A stretch of DNA of 41,278 bases from IMG/VR virus record IMGVR_UViG_3300014682_000025. One strand, 5' to 3'. A program made the position numbers and the translations under genes. Of this stretch, positions 33,061 through 41,278 are shown piece by piece. The DNA comes from a virus. Taxonomy: Duplodnaviria; Heunggongvirae; Uroviricota; Caudoviricetes. Every line of letters starts with the position of its first letter. Positions within the stretch are counted from its first letter, which is position 1. Below the pieces are notes generated by a model that worked only from the letters and a program-made list of their open reading frames with translations, was not told the DNA's origin and did no database searches.

Positions 33061-34057
33061 TTGCCAGCGCGCGATCGATAAAACGAAATATCAGCTCCAG
33101 TTGGGAGCCATACTTCTCTTCAAATGCCACTGTATCCGTATGCAGCTCGTTGTGATGCTTTCTGCACAAAGGCAACACAAAGAGATCATGTGCTTTTGTT
33201 CCCATTCCGCCCTGCCCGTGACCAATCAGATGATGCGGATCGTCGGCTGGCATACCGCAGCAAGCACACGGCTGTGTCTTAACCCAACGAGTGTATTTCT
33301 CCTTAACCCAGCGGCGACGTTTAGGCAGCTTCATGAAAGATTCCGGAGACTCTGGATCAACGTTGATGCTTACCACCGTCTTTTCCTGTGATGGGTTTTG
33401 TTGCTGGTGGGCGTAAGGCAACGGTGCAAGATTTTTTGTGCGTTGTTTCAATATGCTGGTGGCGGTCTGCTCTCCCGGTACGATGTCGCTTTCGCGGTAC
33501 ACCGAGCAGATTTTTTCCGCTGGTAATCCCAGCGAACGACGCGATACAGCCTCAGGTAGTGCATCCACCACCTGATTGCAGACCGCCCACCAGGATAATT
33601 CAGCCAAAGATAATTCCCGCTCCTGCGTACCGCTTATTGCGTGACGGATGACGTCAATCACCCATGCTGTCAGATTTTGTTGAGCAAGCAGCTCCAGTGA
33701 TTCCGATGTCTGGTCACGCAGTTGGTTGTCGCAGTGCCAGCACAACACCATTGCGCCGGTACCATAACGGTGAATGACTGTTTCAGTGTGATGGTAATCG
33801 CCATTAGGCCACTGGCAGGATGTAACATGACGTAATAGCCAGTCAGACAATGCGCCAACGCCGCCAGCAGCACGAATCACCCGTTCGTTACTAAAAAACG
33901 GTAGCAATGTTTTGTCTTCCGCCAGCGGCTGTGCGAACGGCAGGAACGACTCCGGATGGCAGATTACGCATGCTTTTTGGTTCCGGTTCCACCAGCACTC
34001 GAGGATTATGAAATATCTGTATGGATTCACGGCCCGGCTTAAGGACCACCAGCCCAA
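33044..34057 (-). CDS. ydfU: YdfU-like protein (DUF968) with C-terminal HNH-like Cys/His motif
   Basis: 337 aa; CACCG...HHLIGHGQ...CRKHHNELH near C-terminus. Confidence 0.65.
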   Translation of the reverse strand: MGWWSLSRAVNPYRYFIILECWWNRNQKACVICHPESFLPFAQPLAEDKTLLPFFSNERVIRAAGGVGALSDWLLRHVTSCQWPNGDYHHTETVIHRYGTGAMVLCWHCDNQLRDQTSESLELLAQQNLTAWVIDVIRHAISGTQERELSLAELSWWAVCNQVVDALPEAVSRRSLGLPAEKICSVYRESDIVPGEQTATSILKQRTKNLAPLPYAHQQQNPSQEKTVVSINVDPESPESFMKLPKRRRWVKEKYTRWVKTQPCACCGMPADDPHHLIGHGQGGMGTKAHDLFVLPLCRKHHNELHTDTVAFEEKYGSQLELIFRFIDRALAIGVLA

Positions 34058-34095
34058 GCTCAGGCACCAGAACAGGTCTAAGTAATACCCGCACG

Positions 34096-34374
34096 TTACC
34101 TCCAGATCCGTTGCTGGAAAGTGCGGGACGCACGTGGTGGGCGTTCGGAATAAGGCAGCCTGACAGAGATTATCCAGTGCCGATAGTCGAGACTGAGAGC
34201 TTTCTTAACCTCGAACCCGCGCCTGCGGTAAGAATGAATCAGCCATTCGGCCTGTTCTGCAGTGCATGGAGGGTGCTGGAACCATTCAGACTTGAATGCG
34301 TGAGAATACCGCCCGTGCGTGCAGGCAAGAACGGGCGAATTATCAGAATTGTAATATTTTACGTTGCGTGCCAT
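34096..34374 (-). CDS. Hypothetical protein, 92 aa
   Basis: Track ORF between rem and ydfU; could be a separate small gene or an upstream fragment of ydfU. Confidence 0.35.
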   Translation of the reverse strand: MARNVKYYNSDNSPVLACTHGRYSHAFKSEWFQHPPCTAEQAEWLIHSYRRRGFEVKKALSLDYRHWIISVRLPYSERPPRASRTFQQRIWR

Positions 34375-34440
34375 CGGTTTTCTCCGGTGGCACGGTGTTA
34401 CTCAGCGGGAGTTCAGCCCCGCGCAAGATTGTAGATGAGT

Positions 34441-34692
34441 TTATTCTTCTGCAAAAGCTGAAAAGCCTGCTTTTATTCCGATCTCTTTCAGTGCCTGTAA
34501 TGAAGTGACAAACTCACCTTCGCGCAAGATAAATCCGTCTGTCACTCGACCATCCACAAAATTAATTAACGCAGCCCCATTCTTTCGCAAACACATAATG
34601 CGGTAATGACTAACAAGATTTCCATTTTCAACGCACACAGCATAGAGGCCATCTTCACAAAAAATTTTACGCAGTTCTTCGATGTTCATCAT
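34441..34692 (-). CDS. rem: Rem-like small prophage protein, 83 aa
   Basis: MMNIEELRKIFCEDGLYAV...; position before hokD as in Qin. Confidence 0.6.
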   Translation of the reverse strand: MMNIEELRKIFCEDGLYAVCVENGNLVSHYRIMCLRKNGAALINFVDGRVTDGFILREGEFVTSLQALKEIGIKAGFSAFAEE

Positions 34693-34908
34693 CAGAATCC
34701 TTCCGGATAATTAGCTCTCCCCTTTAAGGGACCATCCCTCTTATCCCTGCGCGCTACTTAAGTATTTTTGATTCTATTCCGGCACCGTCCAGAACTTCAA
34801 ACGCGTTGAAAATAAAAACAAAAACCCGCCGAAGCGGGTTAAGTGCGGGTGCGTTGAGGATGCCTGCCACATCAGAGGTGGCGAGGGATTTCTCCCTCGC
34901 CGGGTCTC

Positions 34909-35064
34909 TTACTCCTCAGGTTCGTAAGCTGTGAAGACAGCGACCTCCGTCTGGCCGGTTCGGATTCGTACCTCGCAGAGGTCTTTCCTCGTTACCAGTG
35001 CCGTCACTATGACGGTTAAACAGATGACGATCAGGGCGATTAACATCGCCTTTTGCTGCTTCAT
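34909..35064 (-). CDS. hokD: Hok-family type I toxin (51 aa; MKQQKAMLIALIVICLTVIVTALVTRKDLCEVRIRTGQTEVAVFTAYEPEE)
   Basis: Canonical Hok peptide; track ORF 34909-35121 extends upstream in frame. Confidence 0.85.
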   Translation of the reverse strand: MKQQKAMLIALIVICLTVIVTALVTRKDLCEVRIRTGQTEVAVFTAYEPEE

Positions 35065-35728
35065 AGCCTGCTTCTCCTTGCCTTTCGGCACGTAAGAGGC
35101 TAACCTACATATGTCTAGCATGAAATTGGCCTCAGATTAATGTTAAGCGTCTTGCAGGACGCGTAATGTTAACTGGGGCTTTTCTCTATCTGCCGTTGGT
35201 GTTCATGCCTGAGGCAGATAGCCTCAAGCACCCGCAGCAATTCTACTTAACTCCCGTCACCTCGCCAATATAAAATCAATCAGAAAGGCGATCCGTAAGA
35301 ACAACAGCAAGACAATAAATTGCCATTACAGCCGCAATAGCTAGCGCACATTTGAGAACCAGCACGACAACCTCCTGTATTGGATATACACCTGCCCTGA
35401 TAAATATGAGGCTGTCTCGTCAGTGCTTCAATACAACTATTGGGTATAGTTTCTGTGATTTTGTTCTGTAGAAATGGAACACAACAACCAGTCACCACCA
35501 ACTCTTCTTTAAATACGCCAAGTCCGACGTAAGCTAACCTTCTAGTCCGCTTTGAGCGAAAGGCGAACACTGGCAATTAGCCCGTAACTATTGAATATAT
35601 TACTAATGACCCTGTTATCGGCACAAATATTTCAGAAGACATAAAAATTACTTATTAATAGAACCAATAAGTATTAACTGAATAAAAAACCTTAAGGCAT
35701 CATCTAAATCTTATATTGCACTTTAACA

Positions 35729-37480
35729 TTAGTGCAGGACTTCATTTAAAGTCGAATTAAAACTCCTCAAGCTCTCAATAATTTGATCAAATATAAAATC
35801 TAAAGCATGGCTATAACCGGATGCCAAAGTTGCGCTATCAAAACCAAGACTAGCTAGATGTTCAATGGATTTATTGACTGCTTCATGAGCTTCAGCGTTC
35901 CTCAAGTCATTATTTATAAATAGAGCTGCTAATGTATGATTGGGTGAATTATACTTTGCAAGTTCATTGGCATGTTTTAGCGCGGATTGCTCTTCATTTT
36001 GCTCATTAATAACACTTGTAAGGTTTAATATTCCTTGCAATAATTTTAGCGTTTGCAATCTTTCAATATCCTCAGCCTTCACCCCCATAGCAATACTTAA
36101 TTTCTTCAATGAACCAGTTTTAATTTTAGTAATGATCTCGTTTATAGTCTTGCATCTAGCTAGGAAATCTTGCTCTTGCATATCGATTGAGGCTACATGA
36201 GCAAGCTTTTGCAGTACAGGATAATTTCTAATGCCTTCTTCATCTAGTTCGTCTCTGTTGTATTCAAAAATATCAGAACTCGATAGGGGAACATCTAAAA
36301 CTCTACCTAGAGACACTAGATTTCCATTAAGCTCAGTTAGTTCTCTAGCAAATCTAAAAGTCTTAGAAACAATATGCTCATTATCTAATGAATTAGTATC
36401 AATAAGGCTTTGGTCTTTCGCATAATCAAACACATGATATATTTCCTTTTCTGGAACTCCTTGGTAAAGATCATAAAAATATATTTTCACTAAGTTCCTA
36501 CCGACTCTAGTACAGCCTCTAAATGCCCATTGCCCGCCATAGCTAGGATCTGCATGATAGTGATTGCCATAAAAAAATGGAATGGCTTCGTATGTCTTAT
36601 CTTTTTCATATTTAGTAAGAAAAGCATCATCAACATATACGTATTCGCCACTACGATAATCGGTAGCTCCCGACATTGTTATCGGTGACTTGTGACCGGG
36701 CCATACTAATGTGTTGACATCTAATTCAGAGCAAAGCTCTGGCTGAACAGATTGAACAGTTCCCCATGCTTGCAGCAATATCCTATCTGTATGGTCAACT
36801 ATTTCAAATTCAATCCAAGGAAGTTCGATTCTAAAGTGATTAGAACCTGATAAGAGTCCGAGTACCTCTTTAGTTCGTTCGATATAGGCTTCGAAGAAAA
36901 AAACTTTTACTCCAACACAACCTTTCATCCATAAATATTTTCTGAGGTAATCATTCCTCATTGTCCATTTAATATCTTTGTTGCTTTTGAAATGATATTC
37001 TCTTGAGACATCGCCTTGCACGACTCCATATGATGGCGAAGAAACCTCATCAAAAATTACTTTTTGTTCATCATCCCCTATGAGCCTTGGTTTTAATCCC
37101 AGTTTCATCCAGACATCTTCGGCCAACAAAAAGGAGTAGTGAAGACTTGAACCCCAAGAAGCTACAATATACCCATAACCGGAGATAGATATATCTGTAC
37201 CCCAAGCTCCACCTTTCTCTGTACAGTCCTGAGTGGAAAATGTGACGACACCGTCACGGGATTCACGTAACACACTTAGATTTGCAACATCATTCTCAGG
37301 AACTACGGCCATGATCATATGAGTGTAATCATAGTCATCTTGATACTTATTTCTTTCGTAATGATGGGTTACAGTAACTTCTCGCTGGGGGTTAGAATTG
37401 TCTTCAACAAATAATAGGTCCTTTAAACCCTGTGGTATTTGCTCAGCCGGTAAAGGAAGCTTTGATAAATAATCAAGCAC
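35729..37480 (-). CDS. Large protein of unknown function, 583 aa, markedly AT-rich; candidate accessory or defence gene
   Basis: Long uninterrupted ORF with GTG start 8 nt after GGAGGG; AT-rich flanks; no domain recognised; C-terminal R-x4-H (LRNAEAHEAV). Confidence 0.7.
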   Translation of the reverse strand: MLDYLSKLPLPAEQIPQGLKDLLFVEDNSNPQREVTVTHHYERNKYQDDYDYTHMIMAVVPENDVANLSVLRESRDGVVTFSTQDCTEKGGAWGTDISISGYGYIVASWGSSLHYSFLLAEDVWMKLGLKPRLIGDDEQKVIFDEVSSPSYGVVQGDVSREYHFKSNKDIKWTMRNDYLRKYLWMKGCVGVKVFFFEAYIERTKEVLGLLSGSNHFRIELPWIEFEIVDHTDRILLQAWGTVQSVQPELCSELDVNTLVWPGHKSPITMSGATDYRSGEYVYVDDAFLTKYEKDKTYEAIPFFYGNHYHADPSYGGQWAFRGCTRVGRNLVKIYFYDLYQGVPEKEIYHVFDYAKDQSLIDTNSLDNEHIVSKTFRFARELTELNGNLVSLGRVLDVPLSSSDIFEYNRDELDEEGIRNYPVLQKLAHVASIDMQEQDFLARCKTINEIITKIKTGSLKKLSIAMGVKAEDIERLQTLKLLQGILNLTSVINEQNEEQSALKHANELAKYNSPNHTLAALFINNDLRNAEAHEAVNKSIEHLASLGFDSATLASGYSHALDFIFDQIIESLRSFNSTLNEVLH

Positions 37481-37747
37481 TTAATAGCCCTCCGTAATAA
37501 TCATGAGTGTTTACTAACACAGTAATCATATCCATTTGGGATGGTTTATGTCTAACCTTCTTTTGTCCATAAAATCATTGCAAGGCTGAAAATTTTATAA
37601 AGACAGATACTACTATGTACCTGTCGCTGGATAATACCGTTATTTTTCAAACTGTCCGCTCTTGGCACAAGGCTGCAAACCATAGTAGTTCTAGCCCTGT
37701 GCCACCGAAGTGTCAATTAATATCTGAACTAATGCTCTTTAATCTCG

Positions 37748-38170
37748 TTACTTTAATAAATACCAAACATTTCCCTGATAAAATGCCAAGATGCGCTGCA
37801 TAACTTCGCTATTACGGCACTCACAGCAAATTATATTTTGGTGCCTGTCATAACGACGTATTTCTCCGTCTGGTAACGACCAGATAAGGTCCGGATCAAC
37901 CACAGCAGGTTTCTTCACCTTTGCCCTCGAGAGTTTTTTGCGGGCGTTTTGCCAGTCCTTACGCGCCTGTTCAGACGGGAATAACCCGTAGCCGGAGTTG
38001 TATACATCGCCACTGGCTACCAGCTCTCTGGCAAGAACGCTCATCAGATATCTAGTCGCACCTGTTTTAGCTTCCAGTTGCCGTAACGTCTCACGACCGC
38101 TCTGGCGCACGAGTTCCACCACCTGCCCTTTAATTTTTTCCCGCTCTTCTTGTGTAAAAACTTTTGCCAC
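37748..38170 (-). CDS. Hypothetical protein, 140 aa, downstream of the replication gene
   Basis: Track ORF with ATG start MAKVFTQEE; basic region; no domain recognised. Confidence 0.55.
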   Translation of the reverse strand: MAKVFTQEEREKIKGQVVELVRQSGRETLRQLEAKTGATRYLMSVLARELVASGDVYNSGYGLFPSEQARKDWQNARKKLSRAKVKKPAVVDPDLIWSLPDGEIRRYDRHQNIICCECRNSEVMQRILAFYQGNVWYLLK

Positions 38171-38210
38171 AAGTCCCCCTTAAAATTACCTCATGACCTG
38201 AAATCAAAAC

Positions 38211-39230
38211 TTATCCTCTGAAACCAGGCGGAATTTCTGTATCCGGTTCAGAAATATGATTCACACAACGCTGTACAGGTGAACGTCCCAGGCGGATGAC
38301 CAGTTCGTCCCATTTTTCGCGGAGTTTTGACGGGCTCATGATGTTTTTTACCCAGAATGGATCCCGCTGTACCCGACCAAACATTTCGCAAATTTGTCTG
38401 TGGCTTCTGCCATCCAGCATCCGCATTGTGCGCACATCATTGGCCCAGACAGTCCAGTTAGGCTCTTTTGGTCGCATGATCTCGCCATCATCACTGGCGG
38501 CCTGTTCGTAGAGACCCACGATCCGCCCCCATATCCACTGCGCACACGCCAGATCCTCCTGGCTACCCCACTGGCGTTTTTTCGCACTAAACACAACTGC
38601 GCCAGGGTGCCGGATTAAAAAATCCTGTTCAGCCGTCTGCGGGTCCGGTTGCGAAGCTTCCGGACGAAAAGTGTTTTTATTCTCTGTAGTAATCTCTGTT
38701 GTATTCTCTGTAGGATCATCGGGCCATTTTGACCCGATGACATTGGGTCGTTTTGAATCAATGGAGCGTTTCATTTTGACCTCTTCCATCGTGTCATTTT
38801 GACCTGATGGAGCGGCGCATTTTGAACCGATGGATTCGCTCAATTTGCCATCATCTAAAAGCTCGCTCCCATAGTTAATCGTGTAGAAATTGGTCATATC
38901 GCGCTTTGATTTATTGAGCTTTTCACAACGCAAAAGCCCCAGCGTTTTCAGACTTGCAAACGCGCGCTTTAACGTTGACTCTGACCAGAATGGGAACTGT
39001 TCCAGCCATTGTTCCGTTGTGTTGTAAATCCAGCGAACACCATCACATTCCATGCCGGAATTGGTATCTCTCAACCAGTAATGCAACTGCTGCAACACAA
39101 TGGCTTCATTTAAGCCAATCTTCATCGCAAGCTGTGTGTTTATAACCAGTGGGCGTTCAGCAAAAAGAAGGCTCATAATTCCATCCAGCTTTTTGTTGGT
39201 ATTGCTGTCGATACGCAAGTTTGAAAGCAA
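38211..39230 (-). CDS. Phage replication protein with DnaT-like C-terminal domain
   Basis: C-terminus ...VNHISEPDTEIPPGFRG resembles the E. coli DnaT C-terminus as I recall it; N-terminal HTH-like region; position after cro-like gene. Confidence 0.65.
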   Translation of the reverse strand: MLSNLRIDSNTNKKLDGIMSLLFAERPLVINTQLAMKIGLNEAIVLQQLHYWLRDTNSGMECDGVRWIYNTTEQWLEQFPFWSESTLKRAFASLKTLGLLRCEKLNKSKRDMTNFYTINYGSELLDDGKLSESIGSKCAAPSGQNDTMEEVKMKRSIDSKRPNVIGSKWPDDPTENTTEITTENKNTFRPEASQPDPQTAEQDFLIRHPGAVVFSAKKRQWGSQEDLACAQWIWGRIVGLYEQAASDDGEIMRPKEPNWTVWANDVRTMRMLDGRSHRQICEMFGRVQRDPFWVKNIMSPSKLREKWDELVIRLGRSPVQRCVNHISEPDTEIPPGFRG

Positions 39231-39678
39231 TTGCTTTTTCTATAAGTTCGTCAGTTTCACGATCCACTACGGCAGGATCAGCAAAAAGCAGTCCGGACTC
39301 CACCACATCGCCATATTCTTTGTTTAACCCGGCGATCATGTACGTGATGCTTTTTCCGTCACTAATTTCACGATACAACCTGAAATCATTAATCCGGATA
39401 GCCTCCATAATTGCAGGCACTAGCGCCGTGAACTTTTCACGCTTATCCCTGGTGTCGATAGCCTTCCAGCGTTCGAATATCTTCACTCGATTAACGCCAA
39501 GCGCTCGCTGATCAACCGCGCCACCTTCATCTGTGACACGCTGAACATCGATGTTCGGGCGCTCTTTCAAAGCCCAGAATGCTTCAGTGATTAATATCGT
39601 CGCCTGCTCCTGTGTCATTCCTGGTCGACATATCCAGGCATCCAGAGCCTCACGAGCCTGTTCAGGAGTGATTTTCAT
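39157..39678 (-). CDS. Hypothetical early-region protein at the cII/YdaT position, 173 aa
   Basis: Track ORF; overlaps dicC 3-prime end so true start is probably internal. Confidence 0.45.
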   Translation of the reverse strand: MKITPEQAREALDAWICRPGMTQEQATILITEAFWALKERPNIDVQRVTDEGGAVDQRALGVNRVKIFERWKAIDTRDKREKFTALVPAIMEAIRINDFRLYREISDGKSITYMIAGLNKEYGDVVESGLLFADPAVVDRETDELIEKAIAFKLAYRQQYQQKAGWNYEPSFC

Positions 39679-39892
39679 TGTTCAACCGCCCCGCCCGCTT
39701 CGTCTTACGATATTCGTCATAAACTTTGGGATCATACTGAAGCTCCCCGCCAGATGCCTCCTGTAGACGCATCGCGCGACCTTCAGGAACCAGTATCCCC
39801 CAAGCAGCAACACTTGCCAGTCTCACTCCTGCGGCATTGGCAAGCTTTGTTTTGCTGCCAAAAAAAGTAATTGCGTCAACTTTAAGCATCAA
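39662..39892 (-). CDS. dicC: Cro-like regulator DicC, 76 aa
   Basis: Divergent from dicA; sequence recognised as DicC. Confidence 0.8.
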   Translation of the reverse strand: MMLKVDAITFFGSKTKLANAAGVRLASVAAWGILVPEGRAMRLQEASGGELQYDPKVYDEYRKTKRAGRLNNENHS

Positions 39893-39901
39893 AGCCCCCT
39901 C

Positions 39902-39921
39902 TTGTTAGACTTTTCTAACGT
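39902..39921. promoter_or_regulatory. Operator-like dyad TTGTTAGA-CTTT-TCTAACg in the dicC-dicA intergenic region
   Basis: Read from sequence; the same 8-bp arm recurs at 40413-40432. Confidence 0.5.
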
Positions 39922-39969
39922 TATTGTGCGCGGGATACCTAAGTCAAGAAAAATTAGAATTACCTAACT

Positions 39970-40377
39970 ATGGATACAAGAACCCTAGGCCAGCGAGTTC
40001 TGGCGCGACGAAAAGAATTACGCTTAACACAACGAGAAGCTGCGCGCCTCGCTGGAGTTGCTCACGTCACAATTTCACAATGGGAAAGAGACGAAACCCA
40101 GCCAGTCGGAAAACGATTGTTTGCTTTAGCGGATGCTCTGAAGTGCTCACCTACATGGCTAATGTTTGGTGACGAAGACAAGGCACCAGTGCCTGCACAA
40201 GAACTTCATGTGGAAACAGAGCTAACTCCCAACCACAAAGAATTGATCGAATTATTCGATGCTCTTCCATCTTCCGAGCAGGAAGCCTTGCTGTCTGAAA
40301 TGCGCGCAAGAGTAGAAAACTTCAACAAACTCTTCGAAGAAATGCTTAAAGCGCGTAAAAATAAATCAATAAAATAA
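39970..40377 (+). CDS. dicA: XRE-family HTH repressor DicA, 135 aa
   Basis: HTH (LTQREAARLAGVAHVTISQWE); divergent from dicC. Confidence 0.9.
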   Translation: MDTRTLGQRVLARRKELRLTQREAARLAGVAHVTISQWERDETQPVGKRLFALADALKCSPTWLMFGDEDKAPVPAQELHVETELTPNHKELIELFDALPSSEQEALLSEMRARVENFNKLFEEMLKARKNKSIK

Positions 40378-40412
40378 CATTCTTTTCAAGTGATTAGTTG
40401 CGCCCATTCTTT

Positions 40413-40432
40413 TTGTTAGATCAGTCTAACAA
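40413..40432. promoter_or_regulatory. Perfect dyad TTGTTAGA-TCAG-TCTAACAA between dicA and ydfA (candidate DicA operator at the dicB-operon promoter)
   Basis: Read from sequence. Confidence 0.55.
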
Positions 40433-40545
40433 AAAACACTTGCCTCTCATGTTAGGTTATTCTAAATTACTTTCCATCAAGACACCGCACGGTGTTCTCA
40501 GCAAACAGTTCCGCTACCCCGGCGTTAAGGGGAAATGAGGTCAGC

Positions 40546-40701
40546 ATGGATACTATCGATCTTGGCAACAGCGAATCTCTGGTATGTGGCGTGTTCCCCA
40601 ACCAGGACGGCACGTTCACCGCGATGACGTATACCAAAAGCAAAACGTTTAAAACCGAAAATGGTGCCCGTCGCTGGCTGGAAAGAAACTCAGGTGAGTG
40701 A
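40546..40701 (+). CDS. ydfA: YdfA-like small protein, 51 aa (MDTIDLGNSESLVCGVF...)
   Basis: Internal ATG at 40546 with GAGG upstream. Confidence 0.75.
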   Translation: MDTIDLGNSESLVCGVFPNQDGTFTAMTYTKSKTFKTENGARRWLERNSGE

Positions 40702-40702
40702 T

Positions 40703-41278
40703 ATGGATTTCGACACAATCATGAAAAAGGCTTACGAAGAATACTTCGAAGGCCTTGCCGAAGGCGAAGAAGCTCTCAGCTTCAGTGAGTTTAAACAGGC
40801 ACTCAGAATAAGAATGTGCTCTCACAATGACGCGGAGCACAAATATGAGAAGCAAAATCAGACCGCAGAAAATTTTGTTCTGGAACCCGGAGAAACGCTT
40901 TTCAAAATTCCCGTTACGTGCCCCATTTGCGGTTTTACATCAGAAGAACTTGACGACTCCTGTAACAATCAGGAAACAACCAAGTATGTCGAAGATGATA
41001 CCGAGTGCGCACGAAGAACGATTATATCCACGAGTCCAAACTCCAGGACCAATAAATCTCACTTTGAGAGGGTGATTAATCCACTCCCCCAAACCAATAA
41101 AAAAGATGCCGGAGGACAAAAAACCCAATGGAACAACGGGATATCTGTCAAAAAAAGACGTTCCATTAAAGACAAACAACGCAGCGCCAACAACTGTAAG
41201 CGCTTTATACCAGTAATCAATTTTCATGTTCTTAAGCGGATTTATTGGTGGTTGCGACATTGCTTAATGAATCCTTAA
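40703..41278 (+). CDS. YdfB/YdfC-like protein, 191 aa, reaching the window end
   Basis: ATG at 40703 (MDFDTIMKKAYEEYFEG) with GGTGA upstream; CPICG zinc-ribbon-like motif; stop at 41276-41278. Confidence 0.55.
   Translation: MDFDTIMKKAYEEYFEGLAEGEEALSFSEFKQALRIRMCSHNDAEHKYEKQNQTAENFVLEPGETLFKIPVTCPICGFTSEELDDSCNNQETTKYVEDDTECARRTIISTSPNSRTNKSHFERVINPLPQTNKKDAGGQKTQWNNGISVKKRRSIKDKQRSANNCKRFIPVINFHVLKRIYWWLRHCLMNP

Noticed and set aside
35280-35576. 98-aa Cys-rich ORF between hokD and the 583-aa gene (possible microcin or metallothionein-like peptide)
   Set aside because: No convincing ribosome-binding site, track start is probably a non-ATG codon, and the Cys content comes from GCA/ACA-rich sequence on the other strand. 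Kept only as a remote possibility; the region may hold regulatory RNA for hok instead.
36650-36700. YVDD tetrapeptide in the 583-aa protein (SGEYVYVDDAFL), resembling reverse-transcriptase motif C
   Set aside because: No flanking RT motifs at the expected spacing; a four-residue match is not evidence.
37615-37803. 62-aa plus-strand ORF in the AT-rich interval upstream of the 583-aa gene
   Set aside because: Lies in the likely promoter region of the minus-strand gene; Ser/Leu-rich, no ribosome-binding site.
40940-41260. 106-aa minus-strand ORF with hydrophobic segments, antisense to the ydfB/C-like gene
   Set aside because: Fully overlapped by a plus-strand ORF that has a good start context; no ribosome-binding site evident; the dicF/dicB region is expected just beyond the window.

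Overview
This 41.3-kb window is almost entirely a lambda-like prophage inserted beside the MFS transporter gene ydfJ, with gene order matching the Qin prophage locus of E. coli K-12 (ydfJ-ydfK-pin-tfa-stf ... cspI-Rz-R-ydfR-holin-cspB-cspF-Q-ydfU-rem-hokD ... dicC-dicA-ydfA-ydfB/C). Unlike the decayed K-12 Qin, it carries an apparently intact lambda-type morphogenesis block on the minus strand (Nu1/A terminase, W, portal, protease-capsid fusion, FI/FII-position genes, Z, U, V, G/G-T, H, M, L, K, I, J, lom, stf, tfa), a cos site, a phage-21-type lysis cassette (pinholin, SAR endolysin, Rz/Rz1) and a Q antiterminator. A run of 10 N (9913-9922) interrupts J. The most interesting feature is a low-GC 583-aa gene of unknown function (35729-37480, minus) sitting where relBE lies upstream of hokD in Qin; I propose it as a candidate prophage-encoded defence or abortive-infection gene, but this is inference only. 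All homology calls are from recognition of the translated ORFs against remembered lambda and K-12 proteins; no database search was run. Coordinates taken from the ORF track are exact; coordinates I read directly from the sequence (small ORFs, hairpins, operators, cos) may be off by 1-2 nt.
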